DNA of 17,512 nt from Eledone cirrhosa (Eukaryota), in contig CAXHJY010001424.1 of assembly GCA_964016885.1 (NCBI GenBank), forward strand, positions 1 through 17,512. The letters run 5' to 3'. The notes beneath the pieces were generated by a model that saw only the letters and a list, made by a program, of their open reading frames with translations, was not told the origin of the DNA and ran no database searches. A program made the translations under genes and the position numbers. Below, piece by piece: positions 1-13,358 of the stretch (the stretch's first letter is position 1; each line of letters begins with the position of its first letter).

Positions 1-561
1 ATAGAAAATTAGAAAACTAAAAAAATATTACGAAAGAATATTACATAATAAAAATATTATATATTAAACATACTACGTATTAAAAAATATTACGTATTAA
101 AAATTTACATATTAAAGATATTAAAAATAAAATAAAAAATAAAAAATATTATAAAATACTACAATAATAAAAATAAAAATAAAAATAAAAATAAACCACA
201 AAGATCAACCCTTCAAAGTTAATTGACAATATATTGCCAAGTTCATTACAAGACAAAGCCAAAAATTATCTATCAAATCACATCTAGCAAAGATCATTTC
301 AAAAAGATTATGATGTCCAATTAGGTCTACATATGTTCTTATATTTAATATAGAAGTTTATCTAGTGTAAGGTTTATTCAAAAAATTTGGAGCATCAGCT
401 TTTAGGGTAGCTTAATTTTTCATGAGGAATGTTTAGATAAAAATAAAATAAAATAAAAATAAATAAACAATAAAAAAAGAGTAAAAAGAAGGAATCAAAG
501 ATTTAGGAATCAAAAATTTATCGGCTAGTTTCCCATATAAATATAAATCAAACTAAATATA

Positions 562-1227
562 CTACATTTTAAATTTAAATTTATATTTAAACGTTGAGTT
601 TAATCTATGTTTGCAACAACTGAATAAATTTGTCCGTAGGTTAAGGGAATTTTTAGATTTTAGTATAAAGAATATCTCCTCTGCGCAGAGGTCACATGTC
701 TCAGAGGATGAATTAAAAGGAATCCCTCTTGAGACTATATTCCAAGCCGTCGAATATCTAACGTTATCTAGCTTAAGTTGCCAGAGTACGCCTGATAGTG
801 CCGTTGAAGATTTTTTACTTGGATCTGTGAAAGAATTCTTGTGGTTATTATAGCGAAGTTTAAATTCCGTCGATGTGGAACCGACGTAGTTAAAAGAATT
901 AGAGTCAGTATTAACATTACAATTGTATACTATATTTTTAACTAAGCAGTTGTTATTTAACGGACATTTAGATCTATCTCTACAGTTACATTTGTTAACT
1001 TGTATATTATTTATGCTATTATCAGTAGGTTTTAAGTTCCTATTATTTATTCTATTAATATTTTGTGCTAAATTTTTGGTGGATGAGTAGGTTAATTTAA
1101 TTGTATGCCTATTGAAAATTGAGTGATACCTATGTGTTCTAGGGAAGCGATTATCAAGAGCTTTGAAAAATAATTTAGCGATGTAGGTTTTAATGTTTAG
1201 TGAGAAAGGGGGGGGGGGGCAAACCAA
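562..1227 (-). CDS. Inverted copy of the PLE GIY-YIG endonuclease region
   Basis: Same protein as 3092..3754 apart from LNLRTN versus LNLQTN. Confidence 0.85.
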   Translation of the reverse strand: MVCPPPPFSLNIKTYIAKLFFKALDNRFPRTHRYHSIFNRHTIKLTYSSTKNLAQNINRINNRNLKPTDNSINNIQVNKCNCRDRSKCPLNNNCLVKNIVYNCNVNTDSNSFNYVGSTSTEFKLRYNNHKNSFTDPSKKSSTALSGVLWQLKLDNVRYSTAWNIVSRGIPFNSSSETCDLCAEEIFFILKSKNSLNLRTNLFSCCKHRLNSTFKYKFKFKM

Positions 1228-2062
1228 ATTATGTTCCTAGTTCTATTTCTTTTTTGTCCTTTGGAATTATTGTAATGCTTTCTATTATAGTTGTTAATGT
1301 TGTTGCCGTAATTAAAAAAGTTGTTACTTTGTTTAGTTTGTCTATCATTATCTATGTACACAATATTATCAGCATATCCTGCCCTAGCTAGTGCTTCATT
1401 ATAGTATTGGGCCTTTTCGTCGAAAATCTTTCTATTCGACGAGATCCTAGAGATACGTTTTTGAACTGAGTTTACTATAGTGTTTTTGACAGATCTGGGG
1501 TGGTTAGAGTTAAAGTTGACATAGTTTAAGTTTTCATTCAACTTGTGAAAAGGATAGTGGAGACATGTGTTGAGATTTAATGTTATATCTAGGAAATTGA
1601 CTATTCTATGGTTGTTCTCAATTTCTATTTTAAGGTTAAAGTAATTAAAAAATTTTGTAATTTGTTTACATTTTCTATTTAGTTCAGGGTTATTATTATT
1701 AATAAGTAAAAGCATGTCATCCCTATATAAACCTCCGGTAGTACCAGGTATTTTCCTATGTAGCGAATTGATTAAAAATAAGCCCACAAGGTCAGTTACC
1801 TGAGCTGAGTCGGAAGATCCCATAGTTATGTCAAAATTGCTATCTCTATCTGCTCTGGTCCATAATTTGTCATTAAATTCTATCAAAGTTTTCCTAGCCG
1901 ATAATATAATATGCATTTCTTTGCTAGTTAGGTCAGTATGTTTGAATGCGTAATTTAGTGCCTTATTTAGTAGACTAGGGGTAATAGAAGAATAATAGTT
2001 AGCTATATCAAGTTGAATAAACCTATTATTATTGTTATATTTAATTTGCCTAAACCACTCAA
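1197..2062 (-). CDS. Inverted partial copy of the PLE RT (EWFRQIK... to ...IIWFAPP)
   Basis: Translation is identical to the + strand RT from EWFRQIKY onward. The ORF-track N-terminus (2063-2282) is antisense of the loop and not real. Frameshift at the G12 run 1208-1219. Confidence 0.85.
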
Positions 2063-3126
2063 GGAAACCGAAGATCCATATGAAAGACCACAAGAGGAAT
2101 TTTGAAAATGACCTGCCAGTTAGATTGATCGCACCTTCAAAATCGGACCTGGGCAAATTAAGCAAAAACATTCTTGACAGGGTGATACAGCAAATTAAGA
2201 ACTTGGATTGTGTATCTAACCTGAGCTTGTGGAAGGGAACTGGAGAGGTTGTTGAGTGGTTTAGGCAAATTAAATATAACAATAATAATAGGTTTATTCA
2301 ACTTGATATAGCTAACTATTATTCTTCTATTACCCCTAGTCTACTAAATAAGGCACTAAATTACGCATTCAAACATACTGACCTAACTAGCAAAGAAATG
2401 CATATTATATTATCGGCTAGGAAAACTTTGATAGAATTTAATGACAAATTATGGACCAGAGCAGATAGAGATAGCAATTTTGACATAACTATGGGATCTT
2501 CCGACTCAGCTCAGGTAACTGACCTTGTGGGCTTATTTTTAATCAATTCGCTACATAGGAAAATACCTGGTACTACCGGAGGTTTATATAGGGATGACAT
2601 GCTTTTACTTATTAATAATAATAACCCTGAACTAAATAGAAAATGTAAACAAATTACAAAATTTTTTAATTACTTTAACCTTAAAATAGAAATTGAGAAC
2701 AACCATAGAATAGTCAATTTCCTAGATATAACATTAAATCTCAACACATGTCTCCACTATCCTTTTCACAAGTTGAATGAAAACTTAAACTATGTCAACT
2801 TTAACTCTAACCACCCCAGATCTGTCAAAAACACTATAGTAAACTCAGTTCAAAAACGTATCTCTAGGATCTCGTCGAATAGAAAGATTTTCGACGAAAA
2901 GGCCCAATACTATAATGAAGCACTAGCTAGGGCAGGATATGCTGATAATATTGTGTACATAGATAATGATAGACAAACTAAACAAAGTAACAACTTTTTT
3001 AATTACGGCAACAACATTAACAACTATAATAGAAAGCATTACAATAATTCCAAAGGACAAAAAAGAAATAGAACTAGGAACATAATTTGGTTTGCCCCCC
3101 CCCCCCCCTTTCTCACTAAACATTAA
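2032..3126 (+). CDS. PLE reverse transcriptase domain, N-terminally truncated (genuine RT sequence from about 2063; frameshift at C14 run 3095-3108)
   Basis: 364-aa ORF with QLDIANYYSSI, FDITMGSSDSAQV, GLYRDDML, VNFLDITLNL, YVNFNSNHP and IIWFAPP. The first ~10 codons come from the inverted arm. Confidence 0.9.
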   Translation: MLYLICLNHSRKPKIHMKDHKRNFENDLPVRLIAPSKSDLGKLSKNILDRVIQQIKNLDCVSNLSLWKGTGEVVEWFRQIKYNNNNRFIQLDIANYYSSITPSLLNKALNYAFKHTDLTSKEMHIILSARKTLIEFNDKLWTRADRDSNFDITMGSSDSAQVTDLVGLFLINSLHRKIPGTTGGLYRDDMLLLINNNNPELNRKCKQITKFFNYFNLKIEIENNHRIVNFLDITLNLNTCLHYPFHKLNENLNYVNFNSNHPRSVKNTIVNSVQKRISRISSNRKIFDEKAQYYNEALARAGYADNIVYIDNDRQTKQSNNFFNYGNNINNYNRKHYNNSKGQKRNRTRNIIWFAPPPPFLTKH

Positions 3127-3754
3127 AACCTACATCGCTAAATTATTTTTCAAAGCTCTTGATAATCGCTTCCCTAGAACACATAGGTATCACTCAATTT
3201 TCAATAGGCATACAATTAAATTAACCTACTCATCCACCAAAAATTTAGCACAAAATATTAATAGAATAAATAATAGGAACTTAAAACCTACTGATAATAG
3301 CATAAATAATATACAAGTTAACAAATGTAACTGTAGAGATAGATCTAAATGTCCGTTAAATAACAACTGCTTAGTTAAAAATATAGTATACAATTGTAAT
3401 GTTAATACTGACTCTAATTCTTTTAACTACGTCGGTTCCACATCGACGGAATTTAAACTTCGCTATAATAACCACAAGAATTCTTTCACAGATCCAAGTA
3501 AAAAATCTTCAACGGCACTATCAGGCGTACTCTGGCAACTTAAGCTAGATAACGTTAGATATTCGACGGCTTGGAATATAGTCTCAAGAGGGATTCCTTT
3601 TAATTCATCCTCTGAGACATGTGACCTCTGCGCAGAGGAAATATTCTTTATACTAAAATCTAAAAATTCCCTTAACCTACAGACAAATTTATTCAGTTGT
3701 TGCAAACATAGATTAAACTCAACGTTTAAATATAAATTTAAATTTAAAATGTAG
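3092..3754 (+). CDS. PLE linker + GIY-YIG endonuclease, continuing the RT ORF after the poly-C frameshift
   Basis: Contains KLTYSST.N, CNCRDRSKCPLNNNCL, IVYNCNV...YVGST..FKLRY..H..SF, TALS..LW.LK, CDLC.EE and LN....CCKH; stop TAG at 3752-3754. Confidence 0.88.
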   Translation: MPPPPPFSLNIKTYIAKLFFKALDNRFPRTHRYHSIFNRHTIKLTYSSTKNLAQNINRINNRNLKPTDNSINNIQVNKCNCRDRSKCPLNNNCLVKNIVYNCNVNTDSNSFNYVGSTSTEFKLRYNNHKNSFTDPSKKSSTALSGVLWQLKLDNVRYSTAWNIVSRGIPFNSSSETCDLCAEEIFFILKSKNSLNLQTNLFSCCKHRLNSTFKYKFKFKM

Positions 3755-4749
3755 TATATTTAGTTTGATTTATATTTATATGGGAAACTAGCCGATAAAT
3801 TTTTGATTCCTAAATCTTTGATTCCTTCTTTTTACTCTTTTTTTATTGTTTATTTATTTTTATTTTATTTTATTTTTATCTAAACATTCCTCATGAAAAT
3901 TTTAGCTACCCTAAAAGCCGATGCTCCAAATTTTTTGAATAAACCTTACACTAGATAAACTTCTATATTAAATATAAGAACATATGTAGACCTAATTGGA
4001 CATCATAATCTTTTTGAAATGATCTTTGCTAGATGTGATTTGATAGATAATTTTTGGCTTTGTCTTGTAATGAACTTGGCAATATATTGTCAATTAACTT
4101 TGAAGGGTTGATCTTTGTGGTTTATTTTTATTTTTATTATTGTAGTATTTTATAATATTTTTTATTTTTTATTTTATTTTTAATATCTTTAATATGTAAA
4201 TTTTTAATACGTAATATTTTTTAATACGTAGTATGTTTAATATATAATATTTTTATTATGTAATATTCTTTCGTAATATTTTTTTAGTTTTCTATTTTCC
4301 TATTTTTCTATTTTTTTAGTTTTCTAGTCTATATTTTTACTTATTATTATTATTGTTATCTTTTTATTTTTAGTTTTGTTTATGATATATATTTTTATTA
4401 GTATATTGAAATCTGCTCTCTATTTCTGCTTGATAGATAATCTTGTAGAGTAATGACAGGAATAATAATACACATATTTGTATGCTCAAATTTTTATACC
4501 ACATTGAGAATGTTTTCCGTGAACTTAGAGTTTGCAGAGCGAATCAGTTGGATTCGCATGGATGTTTGTAGCTGTCACATAAACATATGAATTTTTTTAA
4601 AACTAAACATAAGATAATTAATTTTCACACATTATGGATACTTGTCTCATTCAAGAATACTGATATTTACAATATAGTGTAAGTTTTATAAATACTAATA
4701 CATTAAAACATAGGGTTTTTACGCCTCGAATATATCTGGCTATTTTTAA

Positions 4750-5095
4750 ATTTTTTTTTCTCTCGCTATTTTTTTCCTCTCTATATATTTTTTTCTCTCT
4801 ATATATATCTCCCTTACATTAATACTTGAGCTAAATAAATAAATAAACGTATCATTGATACATTTACTCAAAATGACCTCCCACTACCTAATTTTCTATA
4901 TATATATGTATCTATCTCTATTTCCTCTCTCTCTATATATATATATCTCTTTCTGTTTCTTTACATGAAGTTCTTCGCTTTATCTATCTTTCCATCTCTC
5001 TATTTTGTTCCATGCATTTCCTCTTTCTCTTCTTTTTCTTCCTTTTCTTCGTTTTCTATCTTTCTTTCTGTTTTCTCTCTTTCTTTCTCTCTGTG
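4750..5095 (+). repeat. Pyrimidine-rich (CT/T-rich) low-complexity tract in the PLE 3' region
   Basis: Runs such as ttctctctct and ttcttttc with very few purines. Confidence 0.6.
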
Positions 5096-5183
5096 TAAAA
5101 TTTTTTCACTGCCAGCGTAAACCTCTTCAAATGAAGTAGGTGTTATAACGGTATGTCGAATCTATTTATCTATAAAACTGTTT

Positions 5184-5260
5184 ATATTGTATTTTGTCTG
5201 ATGAAGGCATAGCATATTGTTAATATGATATCCCCGAAATATATATAATGAAATAAATAT
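5184..5260 (+). ncRNA. Type I hammerhead ribozyme at the PLE 3' end (pLTR), partly degenerate stem II
   Basis: Stem I atatt(g)tattttgt / atgaaata-aatat; CTGATGA 5198-5204; stem II hairpin around catatt-gtt-aatatg with mismatches; GAAA 5236-5239; palindromic stem III ATATATAT; predicted cleavage after A5247 (AUA). Confidence 0.75.
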
Positions 5261-5386
5261 GGTTTTATAAATATAGTTTTCCATTTATTTAATATTGTAA
5301 ATATACTCCAAATATTTGTCGAGTGCTTTTATATCAGTTATAAATATTTACTAGTTGTAACCCAACAATTTTAAATATAACTTTCC

Positions 5387-6643
<1,257 letters not shown>

Positions 6644-6856
6644 TCTATATATCTATATAAAACTGAGGTTGTCTGTCTGTCTATCGATTTTTGGCACACA
6701 TCTCCTCTTAGAATCTCTCGCGGAATTGCACCGAAATTGCTATACTTGTACATTGAGCCCTAGCGAAGACATCGGAAAAAAAATATTTCAAATTGACCCG
6801 CCCTATCTGACGAAATCGAATATAATGTATCGATTTTTGAGCGAAAGTGATCAGTT

Positions 6857-7048
6857 ATTTCCCTTTGTTCTGTTTACATTCAGCGTAGCGTCTTACGTTC
6901 TCTTTACATTTTCTGCGTGCAAAAATTAAAAAAATGATTTCCCTTTGTTCTGTTTACATTCAGCGTAGCGTCTTACGTTCTGTTTACATTTTCTGCGTGC
7001 AAAAATTAAAAAAATTACGCTGGCAAAAATTAAAAAAATTACGCTGGC
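6857..7048 (+). repeat. 80-bp tandem duplication (6857-7015) followed by a 24-bp tandem duplication inside the Helitron-like element
   Basis: atttccctttgttctgtttacattcagcg... starts at 6857 and 6937; gcaaaaattaaaaaaattacgctg occurs twice. Confidence 0.85.
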
Positions 7049-7301
7049 TTTCTCAGCGTTTAAAATGACATTAACACAATACACGAACAGCTGTCGAGCC
7101 AGCAAAATTTTGACCTGCAAAATTCATCAGTTCGAACACTAAACTTCCGTTTTGCTTCATTTCCATTTAAAAGCCTTTTAAAACAATATTTTTACTTGAA
7201 AACAAGTCTATTTAAAGACTACGTAAAACAGGCAAATATTTCGTAAAAAAAAGCAAAAATTATATAAGTTTATTTAAAATATATGTATCTGTAAATTTCG
7301 T

Positions 7302-7409
7302 TAGGCGTGCAGACAGACCGTCGTGCAGACAGACAGTCGTGCAGAGAGGTGATATAGGCGTGCAGACAGACAGTCGTGCAGAGAGGTGATATAGGCGTGC
7401 AGACAGACA
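7302..7409 (+). repeat. Minisatellite built from cgtgcagacagaca / cgtgcagagaggtgatatagg units
   Basis: Several cgtgcaga-containing units are visible in tandem. Confidence 0.85.
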
Positions 7410-7714
7410 TAACTGATAATTTGGTTACGCTAATGTTTTTCTCTGCGTTGCAGTGTTTACATTTTCGATCTTTGTTAATAAATAACCAGTGCAGTTTTTA
7501 TCCCCAGCATCCACTTTTGTTATAACATTCGGGTTATCGTTATGTTTTCTTAACTTCATAAGGCATATTGTTGGTTGAGGGAATATTAATCAAAAACACC
7601 ACATGCAAGTCTGCACAGTAGACACTACAGTTTTTAAGCCAAAAAAGAAACTTAACATTGTAACTTTAACACAACTACTGAGCGACCCCGAGCAACGCCG
7701 GGCTTTACTGCTAG

Positions 7715-10253
<2,539 letters not shown>

Positions 10254-10753
10254 TGAGTTGAGATGGAGGGTCTGTGGTTTTTCTCACATCTGGTTGGTCT
10301 CTGAATGTTACTTGCTTTATATGGAAAAAGTGGCTCGAAATGCCAGGTTTTTCGAGAAGTAATTTGATTGGTTTGTCAATAATTATAATAAATTTCGCGC
10401 CAGTTCGCGTTACAATAGTTCTTCAAATAAGAGGGGGGGGGGGGGGGGGCGGGTTGTCACAGGTTGTTTTTTCATATATGAGTGTTTGAATTTCTTTTTA
10501 CTTGAAAAAAGGAGGCTCACGAAGGCTTTTTTTTGGTTGGTTATAAATATGGCTGTCACGTGAACAAATTTTCATTAAATTTTTGTGCCCTTATTTGGAA
10601 ATCCATTCTGTAGCCTTTTTAGAGAATTTTTTGATAATTGAAAGATAATGGTCAAGAGAAAGGGATGGGAGAATTGTTCTGGTTCAGTGAATATGGTTAG
10701 TTCGCTGGGGTGTCAGAATTCAGATTTTCTATTGAATAAAGAAAGTAAAGATA

Positions 10754-10812
10754 TGTGTGTTTATTTGTGTGCTTGTGTGTGTGCTTGTGTGTGTGCTTGT
10801 GTGCTTGTGTGC

Positions 10813-10870
<58 letters not shown>
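10754..10870. repeat. (GT)n / (GCTTGTGT) microsatellite in the left arm only
   Basis: Directly visible; the right arm has only a short (CA) tract at 10937-10950. Confidence 0.9.
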
Positions 10871-10873
<3 letters not shown>

Positions 10874-11106
10874 AATTTCTTTACTTTACAAAAAGGTTTC
10901 TTGAGCCACCCTTTTTTTAAAATAAAGAAATTCAATCACACATACACACAAATAAACACACATATATTTACTTTCTTTATTCAATAGAAAATCTGAATTC
11001 TGACACCCCAGCGAACTAACCATATTCACTGAACCAGAACAATTCTCCCATCCCTTTCACTTGACCATTATTCCCTTTCACTTGACCATTATCTTTCACT
11101 TATCAA

Positions 11107-11295
11107 TATGGCGGTGGATTGGCAGTATCGGTAGAGGGTCGGACGCCATGCTTTGATGCATAGAGTTACGGCCTTTGCTATTCTGAGTTCAAATCCCGCC
11201 GAGGTTAACTTTGCCTTTCATCCTTACGGGGTCGATAAAATAAAGTACCAGTAATGTACTGGGTAATTTCTGGCCTTGTGCCAATAGTAGAAACA
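11107..11295 (+). mobile_element. tRNA-derived SINE with 19-bp target-site duplication
   Basis: A box tggcagtatcgg (11120-11131), B box gttcaaatcc (11187-11196) and a central gcctttcatccttacggggtcgataaaataaagtacc segment resembling the conserved Sauria/Meta-type SINE domain (from memory). TSD attatctttcacttatcaa at 11088-11106 and 11296-11314. Absent from the other arm. Confidence 0.88.
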
Positions 11296-11691
11296 ATTAT
11301 CTTTCACTTATCAAAACATTCTCTAAAAAGGCTACAGAATGGATTTCCAAATAAGGTCACAAAAATTTAATGAAAATTTGTTCACGTGACAGCCATAATT
11401 TCATTTATAACCAACCAAAAAAAAGCCTTCGTGAGCCTCCTTTTTTCAAGTAAAAAGAAATTCAAACACTCATATATGAAAAAACAACCTGTGACAACCC
11501 CCCTCCCCACCCTCTTATTTGAAGAACTATTGTAACGCGAACTGGCGCGAAATTTATTATAATTATTGACAAACCAATCAAATTACTTCTCGAAAAACCT
11601 GGCATTTCGAGCCACTTTTTCCATATAAAGCAAGTAACATTCAGAGACCAACCAGATGTGAGAAAAACCACAGACCCTCCATCTCAACTCA

Positions 11692-11729
11692 CCTTTTGAA
11701 AAGCAGAAGAACTGCGAAACCGGTAAAGG
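11692..11729 (+). ncRNA. Minimal type I hammerhead ribozyme with U3-A8 core variant
   Basis: cctt-TTGAAAA-gcag(aagaa)ctgc-GAAA-ccgg-TA-aagg: 4-bp stem I, 4-bp stem II, palindromic ACCGGT stem III, predicted cleavage after A11725 (GUA). Confidence 0.65.
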
Positions 11730-11801
11730 ATCCAAATAAATATATATATTTAAAAAAAAAATAAGACTCCAGTTGCATTTTCGATTTCATCTCTTTTTCT
11801 T

Positions 11802-12350
11802 TATACATATATATATATACATATATACACATATATATATACACATACACATATATATATACACATATATATATACATATATATATATATACATATATAT
11901 ACACATACATATATATATATATATACACATATATATATATACACACATATATATATATATACACACATATATATATATACACACACATATATATATATAC
12001 ACACACATATATATATACACACACATATATATATACACACACATATATATATACACATATATATATATATATACACATATATATATATATATACACACAT
12101 ATATATATACACACATATATATATATACACACATATATATATATACACACATATATATATATACACACATATATATATATACACACATATATATATATAC
12201 ACACATATATATATATATATACAGATATATATATATATATACAGATATATATATATATACAGATATATATATATATACAGATATATATATATATACAGAT
12301 ATATATATATATACAGATATATATATATATACAGATATATATATATATAC
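11802..12350. repeat. (TA)n microsatellite with CACA and CAGA variants
   Basis: Directly visible. Confidence 0.95.
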
Positions 12351-12645
12351 AAGTATGCATGTATACGTACATACATATATGTATACAGACGTACAGTAGC
12401 ATGCACACATATATATATATATACATATATACATACATATGCATACAGGTACACATACATATATGCACGTATCAGTTTAGCGGCGCTAACGTCGAACAAA
12501 GCGACGTTAGCGCCGCTAAACTGATACGTGCATATATGTATGTGTACCTGTATGCATATGTATGTATATATGTATATATATATATATGTGTGCATGCTAC
12601 TGTACGTCTGTATACATATATGTATGTACGTATACATGCATACTT
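12351..12645. repeat. Perfect hairpin: 144-bp arms 12351-12494 and 12502-12645, 7-nt loop aacaaag
   Basis: ...gcggcgctaacgtcg-aacaaag-cgacgttagcgccgc...; the outer ends aagtatgcat / atgcatactt are complementary. Confidence 0.95.
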
Positions 12646-12805
12646 ACATTTAAGTAAGTGCCATACTAAGAGTGAGAAATGAAATTTCGTTTTCATTTTG
12701 TTTCAATTTATCGTTTTCGGTATGCCTGACCGATTTAACTCACTCAATATGCAAATTAGGCTGCTCAGCCGTTAATTTTCATAAGGAAAGTATATACTTT
12801 CGAAC

Positions 12806-12892
12806 GTTCAACTATCTGGCAGATGGGTAAACGGTGCTGATGATAGCTAACAAGCTTGAAACTAGTACATCGTTCCTGTGTCAGTGTTGAAC
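12806..12892 (+). ncRNA. Minimal type I hammerhead ribozyme, copy 1
   Basis: aacggtg-CTGATGA(12837)-t agct aaca agct t-GAAA(12858)-ctag-TA-catcgtt. Palindromic ACTAGT stem III; stem I extends via ctggca/tgtcag and gttcaac/gttgaac; predicted cleavage after A12867 (GUA). Confidence 0.88.
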
Positions 12893-13271
12893 AAAAAGGT
12901 GACGTGGTTGCCTTAACACCGTATGGCATAAATTCAGGCTGTTCAGTTTGTTTACAAACGAACAAAGCGACGTTAGCGCCGCTAAACTGATACGTGCATA
13001 TATGTATGTGTACCTGTATGCATATGTATGTATATATGTATATATATATATATGTGTGCATGCTACTGTACGTCTGTATACATATATGTATGTACGTATA
13101 CATGCATACTTACATTTAAGTAAGTGCCATACTAAGAGTGAGAAATGAAATTTCGTTTTCATTTTGTTTCAATTTATCGTTTTCGGTATGCCTGACCGAT
13201 TTAACTCACTCAATATGCAAATTAGGCTGCTCAGCCGTTAATTTTCATAAGGAAAGTATATACTTTCGAAC

Positions 13272-13358
13272 GTTCAACTATCTGGCAGATGGGTAAACGG
13301 TGCTGATGATAGCTAACAAGCTTGAAACTAGTACATCGTTCCTGTGTCAGTGTTGAAC
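13272..13358 (+). ncRNA. Minimal type I hammerhead ribozyme, copy 2
   Basis: Identical to copy 1 and 466 nt downstream: CTGATGA at 13303, GAAA at 13324, predicted cleavage after A13333. Confidence 0.88.

Larger units (their letters stand above)
1..4303. repeat. Large inverted repeat: arms 1-2062 and 2252-~4303, 189-bp unique loop 2063-2251
   Basis: ...taaaccactcaa (ends 2062) is the reverse complement of ttgagtggttta... (starts 2252). Identity continues to the window start with a few SNPs, a 12-bp (aaaaat)n difference and G12 versus C14. The left arm runs off the window. Confidence 0.95.
2063..5386 (+). mobile_element. Penelope-like retroelement (RT + C-terminal GIY-YIG endonuclease, Naiad-like), 5'-truncated, with long AT-rich 3' region ending in a hammerhead ribozyme
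   Basis: RT motifs (KDHK..F..PVRLI.PSKS, DIANYY.SI, FDITMGS.D.A, GLYRDD, FLD, Y..FNSNHP) are followed by a CNCR..CPL..CL / IVY..YVG..FK.RY..H endonuclease. An HHR lies at 5184-5260 and the microsatellite starts at about 5387. The 3' boundary is inferred and the clade assignment is from motif recall. Confidence 0.88.
6644..7714 (+). mobile_element. Non-autonomous Helitron-like element
   Basis: 5' TC (a|TCTATATATCTATATAAAA..GTCTGTCTGTCT), 3' GC hairpin cccg-a-gc-aac-gc-cggg (7687-7702) 8 nt before CTAG (7711-7714) followed by T. Sits between A and T, has internal tandem repeats and no coding capacity. Confidence 0.75.

Noticed and set aside
611-3705. Short ORFs 611..853, 1200..1391, 2923..3123 and 3463..3705
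   Set aside because: Antisense shadows of the PLE RT and endonuclease ORFs.
2063-4100. Selenoprotein-type PLE (in-frame UGA plus SECIS), as reported for some Naiads
   Set aside because: No in-frame TGA in the visible ORFs and no convincing SECIS recognised in the 3' region.
1-4303. Terminal inverted repeats of a DNA transposon, or a pure sequencing fold-back chimera
   Set aside because: The arms consist of retroelement coding sequence rather than TIRs. Several substitutions between the arms and three similar fold-backs nearby favour a genuine structure, though read support is still needed.
7081-7140. CTGATGA on the minus strand (tcatcag at 7124-7130) followed by a hairpin and a palindromic acagctgt
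   Set aside because: There is no GAAA at the required position and it lies inside the Helitron-like element, so it is not a supportable hammerhead.
11107-11200. tRNA gene
   Set aside because: A and B boxes are present but there is no cloverleaf. The SINE body and TSD identify it as a SINE head.
10274-11671. Paired ~70-aa ORFs 10274..10489 and 11462..11671
   Set aside because: They match only because of the palindrome, use a non-ATG start and show no recognisable domain.
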